The notes under the pieces are model-generated. The model worked only from the letters and a program-made list of their open reading frames with translations, had not been told where the DNA came from and made no database searches. 64,000 nt of DNA from Candidatus Micrarchaeia archaeon (GTDB lineage: Bacteria > Chloroflexota > Dormibacteria > Aeolococcales > Bog-877). This document shows, piece after piece, positions 9,601-18,281 of this stretch. Both the position numbers and the translations under genes were made by a program. Where the stretch lies: contig DATLUG010000028.1 in the NCBI GenBank assembly GCA_035533215.1, forward strand, positions 7,680 to 71,679. The letters run 5' to 3'. How positions within the stretch are numbered: the stretch's first letter is position 1; every line of letters begins with the position of its first letter.

Positions 9601-10526
9601 CGGCCCCCGAGCCGCGGCCCGACCCCGAGCTCCCGCCCGAACCCGAGCCGGCGGCCGAGGACCGGGCCGCGGCTCCGGCTCCGGCGACCTCCGAGCCGAC
9701 CGCGGTCCCTCCGCTGCCGGTCGCCGAGGCGACCCAGCGGCTGGTCGCCTCGCGCGCGGTCGAGGCGGACCTCCCGCCCCGGGCGGGCCTGCGGGGCTGG
9801 GCGGCCGCCCTGGTCCGCCGCCGGGTGGACCGGCTGCTCGTCCCCTACGACCGCCGCCAGCGCGCGATCGCCGAGGCGCTGCTCACCTCGATCCGGGAGG
9901 TGGCGGGAACGGTGCCGGCGGCGGCCGACCTGGTGCACCGGCGGGTCGACGGCGCCGAAGCCCGCCGGGCGGCCCTGGGGGACCGGCTGGAGGGGTTGAC
10001 CGGCCAGCTCGACCGGCTCACCGGCCACGTCGACCGGCTCACCGGCCACGTCGGCGCGCTCGACCACGCCCTGGGCGGCCTCCGCGACGGCCTCAACGCA
10101 CGCATCGACGGCGTCGGCGGCCGGATCGACGGCCTCGGCGGCCGGATCGACGTGGCGACGGCGGGGCTGGGGACGATGACCGAGCACCTCGACCGGCTGA
10201 CCCGCCACGTCCAGGGGATCACGGTCCTGGTCGACCAGCTCAACGGCCGCACCGAGGGACTGGAGGCCCGCCAGGGCCGCATCCTGCTGCGGCACGACCG
10301 GCTCGCCAGCCGGGTCGATCGCACCGAGGACCTCGTCACCCACCTGGAGCGGGTCGAGCGCGAGCTGCTGCGGGCCCGGCGGGCGGCGGAGCGGCTGGTC
10401 GCCACGGCAGAGGCCGGGGGGTCCCTGCCGGCGCGTGGGGCGACCCCGGCGCCGCCCACGGGCGGCCCCCGGCCCCGCCGGCGGGCGCCGCGGCGGGGTC
10501 AGGGAGCGGGCCCCGACGCCAGCTGA
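6630..10526 (+). CDS. Giant bifunctional glycosyltransferase: an N-terminal GT-A-like domain with a DxD motif, a central GT4 (GT-B) domain, a Pro/Glu-rich linker and a C-terminal ~140-aa heptad-repeat coiled coil. Putative glycan polymerase.
   Basis: ATG at 6630 (MAKARRSAIQFG) preceded by GAGG. N-terminal domain has HLDPDILCF. GT4 signature EGFGLTLADAMAAGKPVIATRYSGNLEF. C-terminus is RLTGHVD/RLTGHVG/.../DGVGGRI/DGLGGRI heptads. The upstream part of track ORF 4425..10526 is antisense to the helicase and is non-coding. Confidence 0.85.
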   Translation: MAKARRSAIQFGTIIAGNYLPYARVLAASLAVWHPGARLQCLVIDDREGRDRGGEPSFDVLHLADLVREPGELERMAMCYDVMELATAVKPWLLRHLLERGAAVAVHLDPDILCFAELDEVEALARGHGIVLTPHTTEPVPRDGRKPTEADLMETGTYNLGFVAVSPAAAPFLSWWQVRLRRDAIVDPKAMLFTDQRWVDLVPGYFPVHVLRDPGYNVAYWNLGTRTIEPAGDGYTVGGRPLRFLHFSGYDPDRPHLLSRHQGERPRVLLSEHPVLRRLCDDYRRRLLLAGYGDPDLPRYGYGRVPGGPPIDRLMRRLYRVALLASEDGGRPEPPNPFRPGEAQAFCAWLREPVGGPGSRLTRYLDFLYHDRIDLQVAFNDVPGPGTEWFLGWARDHGVSEEDLPVELVPPPLEAAPADPDAASLRRRAASSRAPRPGTAAAATWHAFAPPGRRRAAPARRVPPTDVGGGATGPDDPVQVEADGAVVATDRGPGRSSAPTVRRLPEGVNVAGYLEADLGLGTAARAVLRAIERSGSAVATVVYRDTQSRQSRPFAALVEGEAPYDCSLVCINGDLLGNFARDAGAGFFEDRYTIAQWHWETETFPASMRAGLGWVDEIWVASRFEQQAMERETDKPVVVFPMPVVDDEAAAPLALPREALGLPQGFLFLFCFDFLSVMERKNPVGLVEAFGRAFPPGSGSHLVIKSINGERRPNERERLRLAAAAHTDVRLLESYLSGSEVQALTATCDCYVSLHRSEGFGLTLADAMAAGKPVIATRYSGNLEFMSDETGYLVDCTLVPVGDSGAPYPPSHRWAEPDLDDAARLMRLVVADPEAARARAALGRAALRRRFTTAACAAFAAERLAVIRAARALALPREPLGWLDADGTRLPAPQEPAPAEPDPAEPDPPEPDPGEPAPPDRSEADGPAAPGNPETAAAESWPVGAGPVEEGELPEVEPEGGRPDTVESGSPEGMGADGPEIPEPDALPPAPAPEPRPDPELPPEPEPAAEDRAAAPAPATSEPTAVPPLPVAEATQRLVASRAVEADLPPRAGLRGWAAALVRRRVDRLLVPYDRRQRAIAEALLTSIREVAGTVPAAADLVHRRVDGAEARRAALGDRLEGLTGQLDRLTGHVDRLTGHVGALDHALGGLRDGLNARIDGVGGRIDGLGGRIDVATAGLGTMTEHLDRLTRHVQGITVLVDQLNGRTEGLEARQGRILLRHDRLASRVDRTEDLVTHLERVERELLRARRAAERLVATAEAGGSLPARGATPAPPTGGPRPRRRAPRRGQGAGPDAS
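9981..10400 (+). repeat. Imperfect tandem 21-bp (7-codon) repeats encoding the C-terminal heptad array of the glycosyltransferase
   Basis: Consecutive 21-nt units, e.g. ggccagctcgaccggctcacc / ggccacgtcgaccggctcacc (19/21 identical) and gacggcgtcggcggccggatc / gacggcctcggcggccggatc (19/21 identical). At least 9 clear units span 9981..10170, with looser heptads continuing to ~10400. Confidence 0.7.
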
Positions 10527-10563
10527 GCCGTCCCGCCGCCCGGCCCCGGGCGGAGCCGGGCTG

Positions 10564-11241
10564 GTGATCGCCCTCAAGGCCCCGGTCGGCGCCAAGCAGC
10601 GGCTGGCGGGGGTCCTGACCCAGTCCCAGCGCCGCCTGGTGGCGCTCGCGCTCGGGGCCCGCTGCCTGCGGTGCGCGATGCGGACCTGGCCAACAGGGCG
10701 GGTCGTGGTGGTGGGGGCGGGGGAGGAGGTCGCCGAGCTGGCGGCCCGCCACGGCGTTGGCGCGGTCCTCAGCGACCCCGGGTCCGGCCAGAGCGCGGCG
10801 GTCGCGATCGGCGCCCGCTGGGTGGTGGGCCAGGGGCTGGACCGCCTGGTCACGGTGGCCGGCGACCTGCCGGACGTGCGGGAGGACGACCTCCGGTGGC
10901 TGCGCCGGCTCGCCGAGGACCTCGGCGGCCCCGGGGTGGTGGCGGTGCCGGACACGGCCGGGACCGGCACCAACGCCCTCGTCGTCCGACCCGCGACCGC
11001 CGACGTGCTCGCCTTCGGCCCCGACTCCATCGCCCGGCACCGGGCCCGGGCGATGGCCCTGGGGCTGCCGTTCTCGGTCGCGGGGCGCCCGACCCTGGCC
11101 CGCGACTGCGACCGTCCCGAGGACCTCCGGGCGATCCTCGCCGGCGGGGATGGGGCGCTGCGGGGCCTGATCGACGGCGGGGGGCCCCCTACACTCGGTC
11201 GTGTGGCAACCCCGCCGCCTCCCGGCCGCGACCACCCCTGA
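10564..11241 (+). CDS. cofC: 2-phospho-L-lactate guanylyltransferase CofC/FbiD (F420 biosynthesis)
   Basis: LVIALKAPVGAKQRLAGVL... matches the CofC/MobA-like fold. GTG at 10564 with GGAG 8 nt upstream. Track ORF 10435..11241 is in the same frame. Confidence 0.65.
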   Translation: MIALKAPVGAKQRLAGVLTQSQRRLVALALGARCLRCAMRTWPTGRVVVVGAGEEVAELAARHGVGAVLSDPGSGQSAAVAIGARWVVGQGLDRLVTVAGDLPDVREDDLRWLRRLAEDLGGPGVVAVPDTAGTGTNALVVRPATADVLAFGPDSIARHRARAMALGLPFSVAGRPTLARDCDRPEDLRAILAGGDGALRGLIDGGGPPTLGRVATPPPPGRDHP

Positions 11242-11243
11242 CC

Positions 11244-12044
11244 GTGGCTCCCACCGTCACCGCTGAGCGGCTCCAGTGCTGGGCCGTCGGCGGCGTGGGC
11301 GAGGTCCTTCCGGGCATCGACCTCGCGGCCCACCTGGCGGCCCCGATCCGGGCGGCCGGCGGTCTTCGCCCCTGGGACGTCGTGGTGGTGACCCACAAGA
11401 TCGTCTCCAAGGCGGAGGGGCGCCTGGTGGAGCTGGGCACGGTCGAGCCCGGACCGGACGCCCTGCGGCTGGCGGACCAGGTCGGCAGCGACCCCCGCCT
11501 GGTGGAGGTGATCCTGCGGGAGACGCGCCGGGTGGTGCGGGCGGTGCCCGGGCTGCTGGTGGCCGAGACCCACCAGGGGCTGGTGTGCGCCAACGCCGGG
11601 GTCGACCGCAGCAACGTCGGCGGCGGCGGCCTGGCGAGCCTCCTGCCCGAGGACCCCGATGCCAGCGCCGACCGGCTCCAGCGAGCCTGGCTGCCGCTCG
11701 CGGGCGGCGGTCCCCTCGGGGTCGTCGTCACCGACACCTTCGGCCGCCCCTTCCGGGACGGCGGGGTCAACGTCGCCATCGGGGTCGCCGGGATGCCGGC
11801 GATGAGCGACCACCGCGGCGTCGAGGACCCCTACGGGTACCAGCTGCGGGTCTCCACCCTCGCCACCGCCGACGAGATCGCCGGCCTGGGGGAGCTGGTC
11901 ATGGGCAAGGTGGAGGAGCGGCCGCTGGCCGTGGTCCGCGGGCTCAGATGGGAGAAGGGGGCGGGGGACGGCGACGGCGGCGGAGCCGCGGCCGGAGCCC
12001 GCGCGCTGCAGCGGGATCCCGCCCGCGACGTGTTCCGGTGGTAG
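11244..12044 (+). CDS. cofE: Coenzyme F420-0:L-glutamate ligase CofE
   Basis: C-terminal 267 aa of track ORF 10671..12044: VVVTHKIVSKAEGR...GLVCANAGVDRSNVGGGG...VVVTDTFGRPFRDGGVNVAIGVAG is the CofE signature. GTG start is 3 nt after the cofC stop. Confidence 0.7.
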   Translation: MAPTVTAERLQCWAVGGVGEVLPGIDLAAHLAAPIRAAGGLRPWDVVVVTHKIVSKAEGRLVELGTVEPGPDALRLADQVGSDPRLVEVILRETRRVVRAVPGLLVAETHQGLVCANAGVDRSNVGGGGLASLLPEDPDASADRLQRAWLPLAGGGPLGVVVTDTFGRPFRDGGVNVAIGVAGMPAMSDHRGVEDPYGYQLRVSTLATADEIAGLGELVMGKVEERPLAVVRGLRWEKGAGDGDGGGAAAGARALQRDPARDVFRW

Positions 12045-12736
12045 GGGGGACGGCCGCCGCGCCGATCACGGTGCTGCTCTTCGCCGGGCTGCGCGAGCAT
12101 GCGGGCCAGGACCGCCTGGCGCTGGAAGCGACCACCGCCCCCATCGACGCCGCCGGGTGCTGGGAGCGGTGCTGCGCCCGATTCCCGGGCCTGGAGGAGG
12201 CGGCCGGCTCCAGGGCCAGCCTCCGGGTCGCCCGCAACCGCGAGCTGGTGGGATGGGATGCGGCCGTGCTCCCCGGCGACGAGCTGGCCTTCATGCCCCC
12301 GGTCTCGGGCGGGCGCGGTGACGGGGCCGAGGCGGGGCCGGTTCGGGTGCGGGTGGGCCCGGACCCGATCGACGTCGCCCAGCTGGCGGCGAGCCTGCCG
12401 GCGACCGGGGCGGGGGCCCGGGTCACCTTCTGCGGCATCGTGCGCGACCCCGACGACGGCCGCAGCGTCCCGTACCTCGACTACGAGGCCTACCAGGCGA
12501 TGGCGGAGGCGGAGTGCCGCCGCCTGGCCGAGGCCGCCGTGCGCGAGTGCGGGGCCCTGGCGGTCGCGGTCCAGCACCGGACCGGCCGGGTGGCGGCGGG
12601 GGAGCCGTCGGTGGCGGTGGTGGCGGTGGCCGCGCACCGCGGGGCCGCCTTCGAGGCCTGCTCGCGGGTGATCGACCGCTTGAAGGCCGAGGCGCCGATC
12701 TGGAAGCGGGTCGGCCCCCCGGCCACCCCCTGCTAG
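12038..12736 (+). CDS. moaDE: Molybdopterin synthase MoaD-MoaE fusion (ThiS-like sulfur carrier ending GG, fused to the catalytic subunit)
   Basis: ITVLLFAGLREHAG...ELAFMPPVSGG (MoaD with C-terminal GG) followed by VTFCGIVRD...YLDYEAYQAMAE (MoaE). Start is approximate (a GTG overlapping the cofE stop). Same frame as track ORF 11276..12736. Confidence 0.65.
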   Translation: MVGGTAAAPITVLLFAGLREHAGQDRLALEATTAPIDAAGCWERCCARFPGLEEAAGSRASLRVARNRELVGWDAAVLPGDELAFMPPVSGGRGDGAEAGPVRVRVGPDPIDVAQLAASLPATGAGARVTFCGIVRDPDDGRSVPYLDYEAYQAMAEAECRRLAEAAVRECGALAVAVQHRTGRVAAGEPSVAVVAVAAHRGAAFEACSRVIDRLKAEAPIWKRVGPPATPC

Positions 12737-12748
12737 ACTCGCGGGATC

Positions 12749-13609
12749 GTGGCCACGAAGGAATTCCTGGCCGTGCCGTCCGTCGGCGGGCCGGCGCGCG
12801 TCCCCCCCAGCGGCGCCCTGGCGCGCAATCGCGAGCTCCTGACGGAGCTGGTCCGGCGCGATGTCAAGGCCCGCTACCGGGGCTCGGCCCTGGGCGTGCT
12901 CTGGTCGCTGCTCAACCCGCTCCTGTTCATGGCCGTCTACACGGTCGTGTTCTCGGTCCTGCTGGCCGCGGTCTACCCCGGCGGCGTCCCCGCCGCCGCC
13001 TACATCCTGACCGGTCTCCTGGTCTGGAACTTCTTCAGCCAGGCGGTGAGCTTCGCCACCTCCAGCGTGCTGAGCAACTCCGGCCTGGTGCGCAAGGTGG
13101 CGTTCCCCTGGGTGCTGCTCACGGTCTCCTCGGTGACCGCGGCCCTGGTCAACTACGTCATCAGCCTGGTCCTGCTGATCCCGATCTACATCATCTTCCA
13201 CCTGCCGGTGGGGCTGCCGATGCTGCTGCTGCCGGTGCTGGTGGTGATCCCGTACGTGCTGGCGCTGGGGGTGGGCCTGCTGCTGGCCGCCGGCAACGTG
13301 TTCTTCCGCGACCTGGAGCACCTGGTCCAGGTGGGCCTTTTGGTCTGGCTCTACCTCACCCCGATCGTGTATCCACCCAATCTGGTCGCCCAGCACGACC
13401 ACGGCCTCGGCGGTCACGTCTTCTCCCTCTTCTTCAAGTTCAACCCGATGACGTGGGTGATCGGCGCGATGGAGAACGTCGTCACCCGCGGGCTCTGGCC
13501 GATCCACTGGCACGGGCTGGTCTATGCGGCGTTCGTGGCGGCGGTGCTGCTGGCGCTCGGCATCGTGGTCTTCCAGCGCGCCCGGCGACGGTTCGCGGAG
13601 GAGGTCTGA
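12749..13609 (+). CDS. wzm: ABC-2 type polysaccharide export permease (Wzm/KpsM/TagG family)
   Basis: 286 aa with 6 predicted TM helices. Conserved N-terminal ELLTELVRRDVKARYRGSALGVLWSLLNPLL motif of ABC-2 permeases. Confidence 0.85.
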   Translation: MATKEFLAVPSVGGPARVPPSGALARNRELLTELVRRDVKARYRGSALGVLWSLLNPLLFMAVYTVVFSVLLAAVYPGGVPAAAYILTGLLVWNFFSQAVSFATSSVLSNSGLVRKVAFPWVLLTVSSVTAALVNYVISLVLLIPIYIIFHLPVGLPMLLLPVLVVIPYVLALGVGLLLAAGNVFFRDLEHLVQVGLLVWLYLTPIVYPPNLVAQHDHGLGGHVFSLFFKFNPMTWVIGAMENVVTRGLWPIHWHGLVYAAFVAAVLLALGIVVFQRARRRFAEEV

Positions 13610-14841
13610 TGGGCGCCCCCAGCGCGATCGAGGTGCGCGGGGTGCGCAAGCGCTTCCGCATCTACCACCAGCGCAACCAGACCCTGAAGCAGACCCTGGT
13701 CAACCGCGGCCGCGGCTCCTACGAGGAGTTCTGGGCGGTCCGCGACGTGAGCTGCACCATCCCTCCCGGATCCACCCTCGGCATCATCGGCGCCAACGGC
13801 TCGGGCAAGTCGACCCTGCTCAAGTGCATCGCCGGGATCCTCGTCCCCGACGCCGGCTCGGTCAAGGTGCGGGGACGGCTGGCAGCGCTGCTGGAGATCG
13901 GCTCCGGCTTCCATCCCGAGTACAGCGGCCGCGAGAACATCTACCTCAACGGCGCCCTGCTGGGGCTGCCCCGCCGCTACATCCAGTCGGTCTTCGCCGA
14001 GATCGTGGCCTTCTCCGAGCTGGAGCGGTTCATCGACAACCCGGTCAAGACCTACTCCTCCGGGCAGTACATGCGCCTCGGCTTCTCGGTCGCGGTCCAC
14101 CTCGACCCCGACGTGCTCCTGATCGACGAGGTGCTGGCGGTGGGCGACCAGGCCTTCCAGCGCCGCTGCCTCGACCGGATCGACCAGCTCAAGGCCCAGG
14201 GACGCACCATCGTGTTCGTCTCCCACGGCCTCGGCGCCGTCCGCGACCTCTGCGACACCGCCCTCTGGATGGACCACGGGGTGGCGCGCGCGCTGGGGCC
14301 CACCGAGCGGGTGGTGGGGGAGTACATCGCCAAGGTCAACCAGATGGAGGCGGCCCGGCTGGAGCAGGAGATGACCAGCCACCCCATCCTCCCCGGCGGC
14401 CGGGCCGGGGTCGGGATCACCGAGATCAGCTACGTGGGGCGGGACGGTCCCACCGCCCTGTTCGAGACCGGCGATCCCTTCGAGCTCCGGATCGCCTACA
14501 CGGCCCCGGTGCCGCTGGAGGGGGCGCGCTTCTACGTCAGCTTCGTGCGCGAGGACGGCGTCGTCGCCCTCACCGTCCCCACCGACGACCGCCTGCTCCA
14601 CGACAAGGTGCTGCCCGCCCAGGGGATGGCGCGGCTGGTGATCCCCCGGCTGCCCCTGCTGGAGGGGCTGTTCCGGGTCACCGTCGGGATCGCCGAGATC
14701 GCCACCGGCGAGTGGTACACGCTGCTCGACCGCATCTACCCGTTCCGGGTCAACACCACCGACCGCGCCGAGCGGGGGGTGGCCCTGCTGGGGCAGAGCT
14801 GGTCCCTGCCGCCGCCGCTGCGGCGAAGGCTCTCCGCCTGA
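13609..14841 (+). CDS. wzt: Polysaccharide ABC transporter ATP-binding protein, Wzt/TagH-like, with a ~160-aa C-terminal beta-rich extension (candidate glycan-binding domain)
   Basis: ATG overlaps the permease TGA (TGATG), with GGAGG upstream. Walker A GANGSGKST, signature YSSGQYMRLGF, Walker B LLIDEVLAVGD. About 160 residues follow the nucleotide-binding domain. Confidence 0.85.
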   Translation: MGAPSAIEVRGVRKRFRIYHQRNQTLKQTLVNRGRGSYEEFWAVRDVSCTIPPGSTLGIIGANGSGKSTLLKCIAGILVPDAGSVKVRGRLAALLEIGSGFHPEYSGRENIYLNGALLGLPRRYIQSVFAEIVAFSELERFIDNPVKTYSSGQYMRLGFSVAVHLDPDVLLIDEVLAVGDQAFQRRCLDRIDQLKAQGRTIVFVSHGLGAVRDLCDTALWMDHGVARALGPTERVVGEYIAKVNQMEAARLEQEMTSHPILPGGRAGVGITEISYVGRDGPTALFETGDPFELRIAYTAPVPLEGARFYVSFVREDGVVALTVPTDDRLLHDKVLPAQGMARLVIPRLPLLEGLFRVTVGIAEIATGEWYTLLDRIYPFRVNTTDRAERGVALLGQSWSLPPPLRRRLSA

Positions 14842-16187
14842 TGAGCGTCGCCACCCCCGCCGCCGCCTCCACCCGGGGCCAACGTGCCCCCGCCGCCACC
14901 CCCACCGTGAGCGCGGTGGTCCTCACCTACGAGCCCGAGGCGGCGATGCTGCGGCGCTGCCTGGACAGCCTGGTGGCCTCCAGCCACCGCCCCCTGGAGC
15001 TGGTCCTGGTCGACAACGGCTCCCGCGGGCGGGCGGCGGCGGCGGCCGCCGCCGGCTGGAGCCCTGGCCCGACCGACCCGGACGACCTCGCCGCGGGCGA
15101 GCTGGCCGCCCGCGACGGGGTGCCCGTGCGGTTCGTGCCGCTGGCGGCCAACCTCGGCTTCGCCGAGGGCACCAACCGGGGGATCGAGGCCGCCACCGGC
15201 GAGCTCTGCCTGCTCCTCAACCCCGACACCGAGATCGAGCCCGACACCATCAGCCACCTGGTGGCGGCCGCCCGCCGCCATCGGGAGGCGATCGGCTTCG
15301 CCCCCAAGATCCTCTTCGTCCACGACCGCCAGCTCATCGACAGCATCGGGCTGGTCTTCCACGACAACGGGGGCGCGGCCCAGCGCGGCCTCGGCAGCTA
15401 CGACGTCGGGCAGTACGACCGCGAGGAGCCGGTGTCCGGGGTGTGCTTCGGGGCCGCGCTCGTCCGCCGGGAGGCGTTCACCACCGACCGGGTCGGCTGG
15501 CTCGACCGGCGCTACTTCATGTTCTACGAGGACGTCGACTGGAGCCTGCGGGCGTTCCAGCGGGGGGAGTCGTTCTGGACCGTCCCCGAGGCCCGCGTCT
15601 ACCACGTCCACTCGGCCTCCACCCGCCATCGCCCCGACGGCTACAAGTACCACCTGATCCAGCGCAACCTGCTGCTCACGGTGTTCAAGAACTTCGAGCG
15701 GCAGCGGGTCCGCCCGGTGCTGATGCGGCGGGCCGCCTTTCTGCTCCGCAACGCCGCCCGAGGCCAGCACCGCTCCGCCTCGCTGCGGGCCCTGGCCGGG
15801 GCCGGGGTCGGCTTCTGCCGGGAGTGGGGCGCCCGCCGCGAGCAGCAGCAGCGCCGTCGCCGCTCCGACGCCGAGATCTTCCAGTACAACCTCGGGGAGC
15901 GCACCCACTTCGACGCCGCCGTCTACCGCCCGGTGCACACCTGGGAGACGCTGCGGGACATGGTCCGGCGCCTGTACGTGACCACCGCCGAGCCCCGCTG
16001 GGAGCGCGCCCACGCCTACGTGGAGGTGGCCGGCGGCACCGCCGCCCGCCACGACCCGCAGCTGCTGCGCTCCCGGCTGGAGGCGATCGCGGCCCCGCTG
16101 CCGGCGGGGCTGGTCCGCTTCCTCGACGAGATGGGCGGCCCCCCGGCGGCGTCGGTGCCGGGGACCGGGCGGAGGTCGGGCGGGTGA
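14841..16187 (+). CDS. Family 2 glycosyltransferase (GT-A)
   Basis: ATG overlaps the Wzt stop (TGATGA). VVLTYEPE...LVLVDNGS...NLGFAEGTNRGIE...LLNPDTE are GT2 hallmarks. Lies within track ORF 13524..16187. Confidence 0.8.
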   Translation: MSVATPAAASTRGQRAPAATPTVSAVVLTYEPEAAMLRRCLDSLVASSHRPLELVLVDNGSRGRAAAAAAAGWSPGPTDPDDLAAGELAARDGVPVRFVPLAANLGFAEGTNRGIEAATGELCLLLNPDTEIEPDTISHLVAAARRHREAIGFAPKILFVHDRQLIDSIGLVFHDNGGAAQRGLGSYDVGQYDREEPVSGVCFGAALVRREAFTTDRVGWLDRRYFMFYEDVDWSLRAFQRGESFWTVPEARVYHVHSASTRHRPDGYKYHLIQRNLLLTVFKNFERQRVRPVLMRRAAFLLRNAARGQHRSASLRALAGAGVGFCREWGARREQQQRRRRSDAEIFQYNLGERTHFDAAVYRPVHTWETLRDMVRRLYVTTAEPRWERAHAYVEVAGGTAARHDPQLLRSRLEAIAAPLPAGLVRFLDEMGGPPAASVPGTGRRSGG

Positions 16188-16217
16188 GATTGCGGGCGGC
16201 CGCCGCGTCCGGGGCAC

Positions 16218-18236
16218 GTGAGAGGTGCGTCGATGGCGGGGGCTGAGCCGCCGGCGGAGGAGCCGGACCCGGCGCCTGGGCCGCCCGACCAGCCCGTCGT
16301 GCTGCCGGCCTGGGCCGAGGCCAGCCTCGGCGCCTTTGGCCTGGAGGGGGAGGACCAGGGCTCGGCGCCCGAGCCCACACCGGGCGACGCCGTGCCGCCC
16401 CGCCCCAGAGGGCCGGCGGCGGAGGACCGTCCGGGCTCCGTGCCCGCGGCGGCGGCGACGCCGCCCTTGGCGCCGCGGCCGCCCGCGACCCCGCCGCTCC
16501 CAGCCCGCCCCCCGGCCGCGGAGGCCAACCCGTGGCCGGAGCCGGCGTCGACCCGGAAGGGGATGCGGGAGCCCACCCCGCCGCCGCCGGCGCCGGACCC
16601 GGCTCCGGTCCCGGCGCAGCCGCCCGCCGCTGCGCCCGCCACCCTGCTCGGGCGTGCCGCCTGGAGCGTGCGCACCCTCCCGGGCCCCGCCGCCACCCGG
16701 ACCGCGGCGCCGGGATCGCCGGCGGTGCCGGCGGCCGCGCCGACGGCCGCGCCGACGGCCGCCCCGCCCCGCCCCCACGGTGTTGCGCGCCCGCCGGTTG
16801 CGACACCGACGCCCCCGCGTGCGCCGAAGCCCGCGGCCCGCGAGCGGAGCGCTGCCCTGCGGGTGGCCCTGCCGGTGGCGCTGGCCCTGGCGGCGGCGGC
16901 CGGGGCGGTGGCGGCGCTCACCCGGTTCTGGGTCGACGTCACCGTCGGCCGCGACCTCACCCTGCTGCCCGTGCTCCGGCTGCAGGACGCCGGCACCCTC
17001 AGCCTCGCCGCCCTCTGGCACCCGATCGAGGGCAGCCGGATCCTCGCTCCGGAGCTGGTCGTGTTCGGTCTCCTGCCCGCCGTCCACCTGGACACCCGGG
17101 CGGAGATGCTGGTCGGCATCCTCCTCCTCATCGCCACCGCCTTCGCGCTCTTCGCCGTCTGGGGCGAGCCGGGACGGTGGCGGTGGTGGTGGTTCCTGCC
17201 GGCGGTCCCGCTGGTCTGCAGCCTGGTCCAGCTCCCGACCCTGCTGCTCGGCTTCCGGTTCGGCGACGCCCTGGCGCTGGCGGGGGTGGCGGCCGCCCTG
17301 GCGATGCTGAACCGCGACCAGCTCGAGCTCGGCGCCTTCCTCTTCGCGGTGCTGGGCGCCGGGATCGCCACCTGCTCCTCCTTCGAGGGCCTCTTCGTCT
17401 GGCCGGCGGGGCTGGTGGTCCTCGCCGGTCGACAGGGAAGCTGGATCGCCCGCGCGGGCTGGGCGCTCTGCGGGGCGGGGGCGGCGGTGGCGGTGCTCTG
17501 GCACCTCGACCTCGCCGGGCTCGGCGGGCCCGGGCTCCCCGTCTTCTGGGACCAGCCGGGTCGGGCCCTCGGCTTTCTCCTCACCTCGATCGGGTCGGTG
17601 CTGCCGGCCCCCGGCGGCGGGATCTTCGGGGTCTGGCAGGCCGAGGTGCTGGGCGGAGCGATCCTGCTCGCGGCGGTGCTGGTCGCCTGCTGCTGGCGGC
17701 TGCGCCGCCCCGACGACCGGCGGCTGGCCGGGGTGTCCGGGGTGGCCGCCTTCGCGATCCTGGTGGACCTCGCCGAGACCGCCGGCCACGCCCAGTTCGG
17801 GGTCGCCACCGCCATCGGGTCCCGCTACCTGGCGGTCAACCTCCTCCTGCTCGCCGCGGTCTACCTCGGGGTGGTGACGGCGCTGGGCGGGGCGCGGGCG
17901 CTCCCGCCCACCGCCGCCCCCGCCCCCGCCGGCGGCGCGCTCGGGAGGCGCGGCGGCGCCCTGGCCCGCGGCAGGGCCGCGTCGGCCACGATCGCCACCG
18001 GCGCGGCGGTCGCGCTGGTCCTGGCCGCGGTTGCGCTCGGGGTGCCGGCCGGCCTGCGCACCGGTGCCAGGGTGCGGACCCAGCGGCTCCGGTCGGCCGC
18101 CGTCCTCGCCGACTACCGGACCGCCTCCGCCCAGGCGATCCTGCGCACCCTCTACCCGTCGGCGCCCCGGCTCCGGGCCGACGCCGCGTTCCTCGCCGCC
18201 AACCGGCTCGGGATCTTCGCCGGCCCGACCCGGTAG
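16218..18236 (+). CDS. Polytopic membrane protein with an N-terminal Pro-rich region, function unknown; possibly an envelope glycan-related GT-C or ligase-type protein
   Basis: 672-aa ORF. The ~200-aa Pro/Ala-rich N-terminus is followed by ≥10 hydrophobic helices (e.g. WRWWWFLPAVPLVCSLVQLPTLLLGF). High GC3 in the membrane portion. Confidence 0.55.
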   Translation: MRGASMAGAEPPAEEPDPAPGPPDQPVVLPAWAEASLGAFGLEGEDQGSAPEPTPGDAVPPRPRGPAAEDRPGSVPAAAATPPLAPRPPATPPLPARPPAAEANPWPEPASTRKGMREPTPPPPAPDPAPVPAQPPAAAPATLLGRAAWSVRTLPGPAATRTAAPGSPAVPAAAPTAAPTAAPPRPHGVARPPVATPTPPRAPKPAARERSAALRVALPVALALAAAAGAVAALTRFWVDVTVGRDLTLLPVLRLQDAGTLSLAALWHPIEGSRILAPELVVFGLLPAVHLDTRAEMLVGILLLIATAFALFAVWGEPGRWRWWWFLPAVPLVCSLVQLPTLLLGFRFGDALALAGVAAALAMLNRDQLELGAFLFAVLGAGIATCSSFEGLFVWPAGLVVLAGRQGSWIARAGWALCGAGAAVAVLWHLDLAGLGGPGLPVFWDQPGRALGFLLTSIGSVLPAPGGGIFGVWQAEVLGGAILLAAVLVACCWRLRRPDDRRLAGVSGVAAFAILVDLAETAGHAQFGVATAIGSRYLAVNLLLLAAVYLGVVTALGGARALPPTAAPAPAGGALGRRGGALARGRAASATIATGAAVALVLAAVALGVPAGLRTGARVRTQRLRSAAVLADYRTASAQAILRTLYPSAPRLRADAAFLAANRLGIFAGPTR

Positions 18237-18281
18237 GGCGGCGGGGCGGTCGGGACTTGACCCCCCGGGCGGCGCGGGCGT

